Positions 36,599 to 48,200 of a stretch of 64,000 nt of DNA are shown here, in pieces. The notes beneath the pieces were generated by a model. The model saw only the letters and a program-made list of their open reading frames with translations. It had not been told where the DNA came from and searched no databases. How positions within the stretch are numbered: position 1 is the first letter of the stretch; each line of letters begins with the position of its first letter. The DNA is from Tubulanus polymorphus (taxonomy: Eukaryota; Animalia; Nemertea): positions 186,001 to 250,000 of the forward strand of contig NC_134027.1 of the NCBI RefSeq assembly GCF_964204645.1, in the 5' to 3' direction. A program made the position numbers and the translations under genes.

Positions 36599-38203
36599 TC
36601 TGATCGGTGAAGCGCCCCCTATGACATTCACAAGGCTGCTCTTGGAACTCTACACCGTCCCCCTATGACGTCACTGATTGGCTATAGCTAATACACTCGG
36701 TGTCGTAGATGATTGACTAGAGAGCGGCCCCGTGCGCGCGCGAGTAAGAGTTCATTTACACGCCGCTCTTGATGTATTGTATTATAATTAATGTTGCTTG
36801 ATGAAAATTGATGCCGTATTCAATTAATTTATAGAAACAATATCTTACACTACGTGTTTATATAGTGTGAATTCATAATCAACCACGAATAAAACAATGA
36901 ATGGCATCAGACGGGAACTCCTAGAGTAGGTTGCGTCGTAAATAGAACTATCGGTTTTAATAGATTTTCTGGTCCCTGAAATTCGTCATAACGAGGTTCC
37001 ACTGCATAGATCTATATCAGTTATAAGGGACAGATTTTCTGATCCCTGAAGTTCGTTGGAGGTTCCACTGTATCAGTTATATCGGCCCTTGGTCTCTGAA
37101 GTTCACGTCATAACGATGTTTACTAGATCTGTTTGTCTATGATGTTTGCCGTATTTTGCATTAATAAAGAGTATTTTAAATCATTCGGTTTTTTCACTGT
37201 TGATTTGAGATATTCTAGTTTTCATGTTGTAATACTTGGGCAAATTTCTAGCTCAACATGTATATCGTATACCGAATGCGTGAGTCTAGAAATCTCACAG
37301 AATTTCCACATCTGGAAATAAACGGATCAATCTTTAGCCAGGATGTGATTATAATTACTCCACGCCAGAATGTGGAGACTGTATTCGTGATGGCTATTTC
37401 CCATCAAATATTGATTCTCAAACGGCGATCCGGTCCGGTCACGTGACGGCCATATTGTCGCCAAATGGATCTATTCTCGAGAAAACAATACCCTCCACAC
37501 TTTATCAGTACAATATACACAATGAATGAATCGAAATTCATTAATATCCGTCTGCAGGACGACACATTGAATAAAGACAACCTATCACAGTCTAATGCAA
37601 CAATTCAAAACTAAGTAACATGCGCGCGATTTAGTAGTAAGTAGCCCCCTTGAGGCAAACAGCTTCTAGATATTCATAAACATTACACGTCTCTGGCTGC
37701 GTTTCGTAGCAATTTCTTTTGTCTTGTGAATGTTTCATTAAGTCTCGTCTATGTTAAAGACTCGCCATCATAAATTCAGAGCCTTTATTACCATTAATGA
37801 AATACACTCAGGTCCAGGTTGTAAAGATGATATAAAAGAGAAAATGTTTCGTCGAGTTAGAAATGTTTCCTTGAGCCGGAATGGACGTGGTAATATTCAT
37901 TCCGTGTTTCAACTATATCCTAATACATGTATGTCATCTTGAGGAATACGAAAGTTATACCGATATTATGAGATACATGTACAAACCAGACAGAACAAGG
38001 AGACCCTTTATGTAGGAAATAAGATGTAATACAAACTAGTAGTAATACGCGATACAGAATAAAACTATTACAAACTAAACAAATAAAAAGCAATTTTTCG
38101 ACTATTGGTCAATTGCCCAAATGCTAACACGATTTGATTTGTATTTGTTTTTAAGGTGTAATTAGGTTGAGGTCGAAACGTCGAATAAGCTATTAGCCGA
38201 TGG

Positions 38204-38489
38204 AAACATTTGGACCGATGAGGAGAGAATCCCACAATGATAATTAAAAAAAGTCCGAAAATGAAACTAAGAGATAGTAGTTTATTTCAAACTTTCGACT
38301 ATATCCTAATAGTCATCTTCAGGACCGTTCATTATTCCTGAAGATGACTATTAGGATATAGTCGAAACGTTGAAATAAACTACTATCTCGAAGTTTCATT
38401 TTCGGACTTTTTTTTATTATCATTGTGGGATTCTCTCCTCATCGCGTCAACACGGATATTGTGTTCTATCAATCGTAAACATTCGGACC
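38204..38489. mobile_element. Penelope-like/retrozyme-type remnant: inverted pair of pseudo-LTR ends with flanking direct repeat
   Basis: Inverted arms 38216-38324 and 38336-38444 with an 11-nt spacer; AAACATTTGGACC (38204-38216) and AAACATTCGGACC (38477-38489) flank it; each arm has a CTGAAGA...GAAA core. Confidence 0.7.
38330..38380 (+). ncRNA. Putative minimal type I hammerhead ribozyme
   Basis: CUGAAGA (38338-38344), helix II GACUAU-UAGGAU-AUAGUC, GAAA (38364-38367), palindromic ACGU helix III and GUU triplet; helix I is imperfect (UUAUUC / GAAAUAA). Confidence 0.6.
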
Positions 38490-39669
38490 ATTTTTCATTC
38501 TTAGAGTTGGATTTAATATGATTATAGAATGTGTACTCGTGTTGTGAATCAGTTCACCGCCGCCACAACCGGCGGTATACACGTATATCACCAGGTAAAT
38601 CTTTAAGTGCCAGTTTTTTATGACTGTTCATATTTTCACGTCTGACAACATAGATATTCGCTAACACGTCGCGCTGTTCGTAGTAGCTACAATTACAGGT
38701 TGTGCTGCTGTCAATAAGCGCCGACTCGCTATTTAACAATGACCGTTCAGTTATTGGCAAATAAGAGACATTAATAGTCCATTATAACAGACGATTTATG
38801 TGTGCAGTAAATTATATAATAGAATGGACGAGTTATTGCAGTTTTTAATAGCTGTGACTCATAAATTGTCAAATCCATCACAATCGAAGACTATACCTGA
38901 TGATGATGTAATTAACAGCCAGCAACACCGACTGTGGAAATTGGAGAGGGGTTAACGCGAGGAAAGTTACCCGATGACATTGAGTGCGAAACGTCGCGAG
39001 TTTATAATCTTAGGTTCGATGAATGAATTTTGTTTTGAATCTGTTCAATTTGTGTGACGTGTTTTATAGGCGATGAGTTTGAACTTCGATCACGTGTGAG
39101 TGTATTGGGGCTGCTCTATACTTCTACGCCGAATTGTTGGGCTTCAGGACCAAATTAGCTGAGTTAAGATTTAACTCATCGCAAATGAACTAATTTTGAC
39201 TCCGAGTTAACTCTAACCCGCACGACTGTGGAACTGGGTCCTAAATGATTTCTAGACCAAGGAAATTAACACATCTTAACTCATAACTGTGGAACTGTGT
39301 CATTATCTTATTTCATTCAATTGAATACGAGATGGATAAAAACTGTGAACCGGTTTAGAACGGTTTACGACGTCGATTTAAGCGGTTTTCATATTTGCAT
39401 AATTACTCCATTCATCGCTATCGCCTTATAACTCTATTAATATCCGGTGTTTAGAAATCACTGATCCGCGTTCTAGGGTTACCCGTCCGGGTTTCATTGA
39501 CTCTCCATACAAGATAGAAATCTAAGAAAATCCCAAGATTACTTAGGTTTTCCCTACCACATCAAATTGTAAATGTGTTCTTTAAAGTGCTCACATGTTT
39601 TACGCGTTATTTTATATTTATGGCTGCATTTTGCAGGTGTCTGACCTCAGTTCTACTTCCGGCTGGATT

Positions 39670-40815
39670 CTACTTCCGGCGAAGAATCGATAACATTTTG
39701 TATATTTTTAGTGTAAAAAAATAAACGATGAAATTACTGCAGTAAACGATTGACCGAAAGTTTTCGGCGATTTGAGCTGAAACTTTACACCACTGTTCGA
39801 TATAATCAAACATTGTTTCTTCAGCGGTTACCCCATATTGAACACCGGGTTCGGTACCAAAAGCACCACCGATTATCTGTAGCAATTTAAACATCGAAAA
39901 GGGGGCCACAAATACAAGAAATAAACTGACAACAGCGTGAAGTGTTTTATTAGATCGGACATAGCGTCGATTTGTGTTGAAATGAGCAGTTTGACCACCA
40001 CTTGCCGCAGTTAGCATCGAGAAAATGAGAATTAGAAAAACAGGAATTATGTCACACACAAAAATCGTCTTAGCGCGTAGAAATTGAGCTATTTCTATCA
40101 GTAAGTCGATATCAGCACCGGGAATCCCATAAACACCTGGTGCACTATTAGAACACGGTATAGTCGAACGTGACAGATAAATATATCTATCCCCACGAGT
40201 CCGGTTCTCTCCAACACCAGTCCATCTATACCGAAAAACAATTACAGGCGCATTCTTTGAATAAATTGTTAGAAAGTCCGGAAGTGATATCAGTACAGCT
40301 GACAGTACTGCGACTAAAACTGCGTTTTGTCGCACCTTGACGGTCACGTGTTTCATGTGAAAAAATGGCGCTTTAACGGCGACGAAACGTTCAATAGAGA
40401 TAATTACAACCAACCAGTTACACGTGAAATTAACAGACGTAGTTATTAGGTGAGATAGATAACAAAACGAATAGTGCCATTGAACTATATCGAAATAACG
40501 AATATAAAATAGTAGAATTTGACTGGAACACCGATTAGTGAAGTAACAATCTTTGAGTAATGTTTGAATATAGATCGGATATCTGAATATTCCTTTAAAC
40601 AACACGTACGTCTGATCAGAGACCGCGAGAGCTATCAAATAGATAAACGTCGCCCGAATCGAAACGTTACGACGATATTTCAACAAGTAAATTATAGTGA
40701 ACGTGTTCAGCACAACTCCTATCGGGTAGAGAACCACAGGAAAATACCGCTCGAGTTCCTTACGCGCAGCTACCAACCGGTTGAAGTAATAGTTCTCCGA
40801 GTTTTGAGATGACAT
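39670..40815 (-). CDS. Class A (rhodopsin-like) GPCR, FMRFamide/sex-peptide-receptor-like orphan, intronless, 381 aa
   Basis: About seven hydrophobic segments; GVVLN (TM1), YLIALAVSD (TM2), SIERFVAVKAP (DRY-equivalent), FLVFVAP (TM6) and SNFIVY (NPxxY-equivalent). Confidence 0.85.
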   Translation of the reverse strand: MSSQNSENYYFNRLVAARKELERYFPVVLYPIGVVLNTFTIIYLLKYRRNVSIRATFIYLIALAVSDQTYVLFKGIFRYPIYIQTLLKDCYFTNRCSSQILLFYIRYFDIVQWHYSFCYLSHLITTSVNFTCNWLVVIISIERFVAVKAPFFHMKHVTVKVRQNAVLVAVLSAVLISLPDFLTIYSKNAPVIVFRYRWTGVGENRTRGDRYIYLSRSTIPCSNSAPGVYGIPGADIDLLIEIAQFLRAKTIFVCDIIPVFLILIFSMLTAASGGQTAHFNTNRRYVRSNKTLHAVVSLFLVFVAPFSMFKLLQIIGGAFGTEPGVQYGVTAEETMFDYIEQWCKVSAQIAENFRSIVYCSNFIVYFFTLKIYKMLSILRRK

Positions 40816-41749
40816 GACACTATCGAAGCGGATTGGGCGTTCCGATACACAGAGAAATAAAATACAAAGAATTCAAATTCTTTTAGACATATCCGTCGTT
40901 GCCTTCTATGTGAACCCTTTTAACACTAAACATTTTCCTAACTGTTGCACTAAAAGGTTGCAAAAGGCTGCACAGTCAAAGCCGCGAGTCAAATTTCATA
41001 CATTTAACCTTTTATGTTTTCATACTTATACATTTACAAATTATAGATACGGAAAAAGATATTAATACGTGAATGTTTTTATATATATATATATACAAAT
41101 GTATATATATATAAACATAGTAAATCTATCTGTTGTTTCTGTGAAATTCTTACGAAAATGTTGCATTTGAAGAAATGCGCTGTATTTTCCACGATGCTGG
41201 AATTGTGTTGAAAGTTGAAGGAATTCTGTCGCGTCCATCGCCGCATGAAATCTTTCAGCCAAATTCGTCGGGAGTCAGTCAGGGTCTTATGAATTACGCT
41301 TCGGTAACTCTGTGTAATTTTTGTCTAATCTTTCTTTTCTTCTGATTGATTGAAAAACCAGCGTGACGCAACTCGAATATCACGTGGTAAACGACTGATA
41401 AAACGATGTCCTTTTCACGTTTATCGATTACGTGTTTGTGGGTAAAAATGAAGTCACTCTGTTTTCTAGTGATAACAACTTCTCTCATTCAATCGGTCAT
41501 TCTTACCGGCAATGAATAAATATAATTATTATGATTACCATTATCGACGTTTTTTATCGTTGGGTAAATGCTGAACGAAAGCTTTTTTCAATTAGGCCAC
41601 GCAAAAATAGATAATTGGTTGACATCATCTAAGACGACTCAGATAACGGGAACTGAGGATTTGTATTCAACAAACTTGTGAGATATGGAGAAATTATTTA
41701 TTACTTAAATCACATTTATTCGCGGACAGATTTCTTATTTGAAAACCAC

Positions 41750-41863
41750 CTGGACCCAGTTCCACAGTTGTGAGTTAGAGTTAACTCTGAGTTAAAGTTA
41801 GTTCATTTTCAATGAGTTAACCCAGAGTTAAATCTTAACTTGGAACTGTTGAACTGGACCCTG
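41750..41863. mobile_element. Abundant ~110-bp MITE (GGACCCAGTTCCACAG...CTGTGGAACTGGRYCC); further copies at ~39146-39241, 45085-45198, 56279-56384 and many fragments
   Basis: Terminal inverted repeats and a conserved core GTTAACTC...GTTCATTTTCAATGAGT recur across the window. Confidence 0.8.
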
Positions 41864-42021
41864 GTTTAAGAGAGTGATCAGATGCGCTTGTAACCAGAAA
41901 AGGGGTTTAGTCTGAATAGAGTAACCACACATGAGTGGTCAACAGTCAGGTGTAGTGACTGGTGACCTGACTGGCCACCATTCATGAGACAAATCTACAT
42001 AGCTTCAGTTACTACTGATTA

Positions 42022-42145
42022 ATGGTCTGGTTTTTAGCACGCTCTGCTGGCAATCGGAAGGTCCGTGGTTCGGGTCCCGCTAGGGTTAGGGTTACGGACG
42101 AGCTGCGCTTGGGGCTACTTTACACCGATGAGGTCTTGCAAAGGC
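42022..42145 (+). mobile_element. tRNA-derived SINE-like head followed by TAGGGTTAGGGTTA
   Basis: TGGTCTGG...TTAGCAC, B box GGTTCGGGTCCC, then telomere-type repeat at 42081-42094. Confidence 0.55.
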
Positions 42146-42774
42146 TTATTCCATTTTTTTGGCAAAATGATCGAGGATAAATTGTTCACTCTACCTGACT
42201 GGTCAACACATTGACCAGACGAACTTTACAAACTTCGCCGAAAGTCCCTAGTTCGAGTCCTAAGCCCAGTTTCACAAAATGTTGAAAAGTGTTAAATCAA
42301 TTTTCAGTTTCATTTCTCAATTGGATTTAGGAGTTAAACTGAAATCAATCCTCTTTGTTGTTATCACCTCAACTATTCCCAGTTTACTAGTGCTTAATGA
42401 AACCTCTCTACGGCGTGTTTACGGGGTTATTCTCTGAGAGCTAACCGGGGTATAATAGACATATGGCTACCAATTAATTCATCCAAATATCCACCGTGAA
42501 ATAAAATATTTAACAGTCTCGTCGTTATACCTGAAACGGATGACAATAGTTTGAGTAGTTTACAGAAACTGCTGCGCGTGCCGCACGTTCACCTCGCGTG
42601 ACCTCATTCACTGTAACTCATCAACTATCAATTATTCAAACTGCAGAATTTATTGATAAAAACCGCTCCGCAATTTCCTCCAGACGTCCATTTTCTGAAA
42701 GCTGACAGACTCCTTATCGTTCGTTGCTAGGCGCTGAGTGAAAACTGGTTCATTGTTTATTTTAGACTCCGAAT

Positions 42775-43072
42775 TCTGTATGGAACTGGATCAAGAATAT
42801 CCCAGAGAACTGGGCCTAGAACCATGGAGACTGTACGGGCCCAGAATATCCCAGAGAACTGGGCCTAGAACTATGGAGACTGTACGGGCCCAGAACACAA
42901 GTGTGGAACTGGATCCAGCACAGCTGCTCGAGGAACTCAGTCCTGAACTGTGGAACTGGATCCTGAACTGTGGAACTGGGTCCAGAACTGTGTCCAGAAC
43001 TGTGAAACTTGATCCATAACTGTGGAACTGGATCCAGAACTGTGAGACTGGATCCAGAACTGTGGAACTGGT
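42775..43072. repeat. Degenerate tandem array of CTGTGGAACTGGATCCAGAA units, including a 49-bp duplication
   Basis: The unit equals the TIR of the abundant MITE. Confidence 0.8.
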
Positions 43073-43967
43073 TCTATACTTGCTTCTCAAAGCATCGAGT
43101 ATGAAATCAAATGACAAGAACCCGAGCAATTCATAAATTGTCACCAATTGCGGATATTTAAACAGATGTATTTGTTTGAGTGGTTTATTTGAGTTTATTT
43201 CCCCCCTCTCCCCCACCTCATCCGCCCTGTTGATTCACTGGTGAAATCAATAAAAGATCGGTAAATTTTGACCATTAAAGTAATAATTAACGGTAAACAT
43301 TTATCGGTTCAGATCAAATACAGAGAAACTGCTCAAACAACGCGCGGGGAGATAAACATTGTATCAATCTGTATCAATACTCATTATTACTGTTACATTT
43401 ATTCAATTTCTCGATCATAGTTTTATTCATTTCGGGCTCTGGTGTAATATTGTATTAGCCTCGCAGCAGCACACTAGTTTGATCGAGTTTAGGATAGTGA
43501 TCATTCTATTCCGAGGATTATAGTGTGGTCGTCTTTTACGGGAGGGCCTTAATTAACTTTCCAACAATGCCACGCAGGTTGCTACACCTGGAGCCAGTTG
43601 CCATGCATTAGTGATAAAAAATGTTGGATCAGTCAGATATCAAAATTTGAAAAAAAAGGCTGCGGATAGTAAGTATATCTGGGGATAGCAGATAAACAAT
43701 ATTCCATTTTTTGCTGAGGTAAGTGTTCGGGGTTGCAGGCGATGGGCGGCCGAACTGATGCCATCCGCATTGATTGGTCCTTAGAATCCTATTAGGAATA
43801 TTCAAACTGAATGCGGATGATGGATCAACTATCAGCTACTGATAGCAAACAGCCTCACAGGATGCTGACTGCAGAGATCTGGTATCTATCACCAGTACTG
43901 ATATTGTCACGGTTGCTGATTTCATATTGTGACATCAAGTGCGACTCGCGATTTGATGCCTACCTAC

Positions 43968-44124
43968 ACCGTAAGGTGCTGCCGCTATGGCTATCGTTAG
44001 CGGATTTTATGTACACTAACAGGAACCACCTCTGGCAAATGGTGGTATAACGAATGCCAGGGTTGCCTCGTGTTAGTGTATGGAAAATCCGCTAACGATA
44101 ACCATAGCGGCAGCACCTTACGGT
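43968..44124. mobile_element. 157-bp fold-back MITE with ~53-bp inverted arms, Tc1/mariner-type CCGTA ends
   Basis: ACCGTAAGGTGCTGCCGCTATGGyTATCGTTAGCGGATTTT and its reverse complement at the other end; TA at the right boundary. Confidence 0.8.
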
Positions 44125-45244
44125 ATACCTTAGACCCCACCGAGCGTATCAATTAGACATAAAAAGAGGGATGTTTAGAAATAGTTAAATCGAGAACCTC
44201 AAATCCTGGTTAAAAGGGCACCGGCAGTCAGTTCTGGTAGATTTGTCCGAATACCATCAATAGAAGATGCAATCAATAAAGAATCAAAATAACTCTTTTT
44301 AAAAGAATTTCAAAATGAACAATCAACAAAATCGATTTCCTTTAAATGAAAACCGTACATGATTATTCAACAAATAGTGAATATTTTAACATGATTGAAA
44401 ATATATTTCTATAAATATATTACATGATGAAACACAATCGACTAAAATCAAGAGAACTAACAAACAACAATCATATCACAGTTTAAATTCAAATTCTAAA
44501 ATCTAAAGAATTAAATTAGAATTACTTATAACTACCCAATCTATAATCAAAACATATTGGGCTCGATCACAGAATCTAGAAATTCAAAAACCCAAAGATG
44601 GGTACAATGTAAACACCAGGGCTAGGGCCAGTGTCAGATTTAAGCTATGACTGAACAGAACTGGGCCCTTGGTCCTAGCAATCCAACACATTTCAATTGG
44701 AAAAAGAAATTCGATCGCATTTTCATCGCTATAAATTATCTCTTTGCTTTAAGCTTCATGAATGAAGACTTGGGAGGAACGTAGGTTTTTTAAATATTGA
44801 CGAATCTGGCAAACAATAAGGATTCATAAAATGTTCAAATATTGAATTGTTTAATCAGTTACGAGTTTAAAAAATAACTGTAGACCACCAGCTGTGACTA
44901 GTATCTATAAACAGTGACTTGTGCAATCAAATAGATTTAGAAATCTCCCTATATCATTTATACATAGATCAAAAATTCAAGTCACAACTGTTGAGAGTAC
45001 GGCCCTTCTAAAACCCTCCCACTGACCCCCCTCACACCCCCCCCCCCCCAGCCCTTAATAGTAACTCAGTACACATAGTCTACAAGATCCAGTTCCACAG
45101 TTGTGAGTTAAGATTTGACTCAGAGTTGTTAACTCATTGAAAATGAACTAATTTTAACTCATAGTTAACTCTAACTCATGACTGTGGACCTGGATCCTTT
45201 ATTTCACTCTTACTCAGTATTTGACCTCTATGGTCAGGTACAGA

Positions 45245-48200
45245 TTACAAACTCATATGAAATGTGTTTTCTTTTAATTCAGGAACATTTGCAGCCAGTT
45301 GTTCGGTAGAGTTGAAATGTGTTTGCCAAACTAAAGTTCGTCTTTTCCTCATTTCTTCGTTCAATGAATTGATATAAGACTTCAGCTCCGGATCCCAAAC
45401 AGTGACGCAACCATAGTTAGAAACTGAAATATCATACAATATATACAGTGATCGTTTAAGTCGTGATAAGTCTATTCCGCAATTTGTATTTCTGATTCAA
45501 ATTACTAAGTGTAAGTCATCATCAACACAAAGATCATCTCAAATATGACGACTTATAAGAGTTTTAGACTATATCTTATCACAAGAAAGTGCTTACAATC
45601 AGTTCCAGTTCGAGTGCTGTCTATAGCGCCGTGATAACCCATCCCACTGACTAGAATTACCGAAGATATCGTCGGTACGCTCTCTAAAAAATAAACAAAC
45701 AAAAAAGAAATATAAATTAAAGATATTTTTGGCCTTTTACTCAGAACTCAAGGAGAGGCACATCATATTCTGACAACTTTTCTTCAAAGTAAAGCAATAG
45801 AGGATCTGTCTTAACCTAGTGTTGAATCAATAAACCGAGACTGTGTAATCTTTTATAACGTGCCACATTACTTTATCTGCAATTGTCTATGTATATTATG
45901 TATATTTGGTTTGTTTGGTAAACTAGGAATGAATGTGAATTGGTGTATATGTCTGTGTGTATGTGGGAGTGTATGGACGAGGGATTAGGACTAGATTAAG
46001 CCAACTTTGGCTTCTCCTAATTCCTCGCATAATTTATTGGTATATTGTTTTCCATATATTGTGTATTCATTTGAAAACTCTGTAACAATCGTTTATGCAA
46101 ATAAATCATATCATATATCATATATCATATATCATACGTCATACGTCATACGTCATACGTCATACGTCATACGTCATACGTCATACGTCATTATCATTAT
46201 CATATCATATATCATATATCATATCATATCATATATCATATCATATATCATATCATATCAAGATGGATAAGACTTTATAGGTAACTTGTTTATAAAGTAC
46301 GAGCTTCCTTACTAGTGTATTGTAGCTTCATCAGGTGAATGATTGAATAAGTGTTTTATAAGAATGTAGCCATCGCTATTAGCAAACAATGTATTGAAAG
46401 TTTAGCTCTTTTTTACCTAAACTATTCATCCTTCTGTAAAAAAGATCCTTTGATGATTTCAGGTTTAGTTTTCTTGCCGGCATTTCGATTCTGCTACCTA
46501 TAAAATGACAGACCACATTCATATTTTCTCTGGCTTCAACGAGTGAAAATAGACTTTCTTCAATATTGCGAACAATGGGTTAAAATCGATCTTTTAGTTT
46601 AAAAAATCGATGTTTTAATTCAGCTGCCGATCATGAATTATGGCACCCGACTTCTCTGCAAACAAGTTGAAATAGATATAAGTGTATTTTGTTTAATTCA
46701 CCTGTAGTTTTGACTTGAACTATTGATCTGATTGATGATGTATGTCTATGTATGATCCCGATACAGTGATGTGTAGCTGGGTTAATCAGTACGATATGAC
46801 CCCCTCGAGTCCCGATCCACAGACTCGTAAAATCCTGTAACATCAACGTCGATACTTGTGTAGCCGTTTGAATGTTCTTCAAATTCTTCGAATTAAATCT
46901 AAAATAATAAAGTACAAAACTACAAAAAGTTAACATCGTATGAAAATTAATAATCAACCTGACCAGAAATCCAGATGAAAATAAAATTGAATCGCATTTT
47001 CTCAAACGGACCTGACAATCTCCTGAATGTCGATAACACTGCTTCGTTTGATTTTGAGTTTCTGTAAAGATTGGACGGACCAAACCTCAACGACGGAACT
47101 ATGCATTTTACCGATATACAAATCATGACCCATCACCATACATGTGATCAGATTTCTGAAAAGAATGAAGAAAATGCAGCACAAATTTTGAAACATAAGA
47201 AGATATTAAAGGCTACTCAAGAACACGTTCACTGGCGGCTAAGAGTAAACTCATATATCTGGCTCATCGTTACCACTTCTAGTTGGCACATGGGAATGAC
47301 ACATTTCCTGATTGGACGGCTATGAGAACAAACTCTGTCATTAATTGGTCAATTTTGAGCAAAGGCTGACTATGTAACAGCTCCAGTGCCAACCTTCAAG
47401 TACATTAGTGTGGCACCTGGGGGCAGCACCGTATCATCAGGGTGACAGTGAACTGTCGACTTACGGTAGATTTTGATCAGTATCCCACATATGTTTAATA
47501 TCATACGACTGACTGGTCAACTCTTCAAATACTACAACATGACTTCCACACGACGCGTAAATCAAACCGTTGTGATAGAGAAGACATCGCACTGGGGTAG
47601 AGTTTCCGGGTAGAAGCTGAATATAATAGGGCTCAATAGTTGCACTCTGAAATATAAATTAAAAAAACTTAAATGTGGAACTGGATCCAAGAGCTGCACG
47701 ACTCAGTTCTAGTTAAATGATATAGTCCGTTTGTAATCACTTTTTGCAGGAGTCAAATTTTAACGTATGGAACTTGGGGATGGGGTGGCTGGATGAGGGG
47801 AGGGGAAGTGGCTCAGCTGAATGACATAAAGTTTTATCAGTCATAATACCACAATGACGAAACTTGAATGAAATGTTGAGATTGTTGTTGAGTTGGGCCC
47901 GATTGGGTCTGATTACTTACAGTAAGAAGTGTAGCAGTATCATATACAGCCAGGTAACCATTTGCTAAACCAGCTAGAATTAAATCCCTCGCATCATGAC
48001 TAAAAACAAAACATAAAACATCTGAATTATTATCTAAGTTCCATAGTTATAGACCTAAGAGTCAAACAAGAATAAAACAGATACCCTGAACCTGCGAAAA
48101 CAGATAGTTTAAGAATTGTGCGGATAGCTGCCCCTTTTAACTGTATGCCCTTTTCATTTGTTTGTGCTCCTGTCAGAGTCTGCCCTGGCTGCCACTGGAT

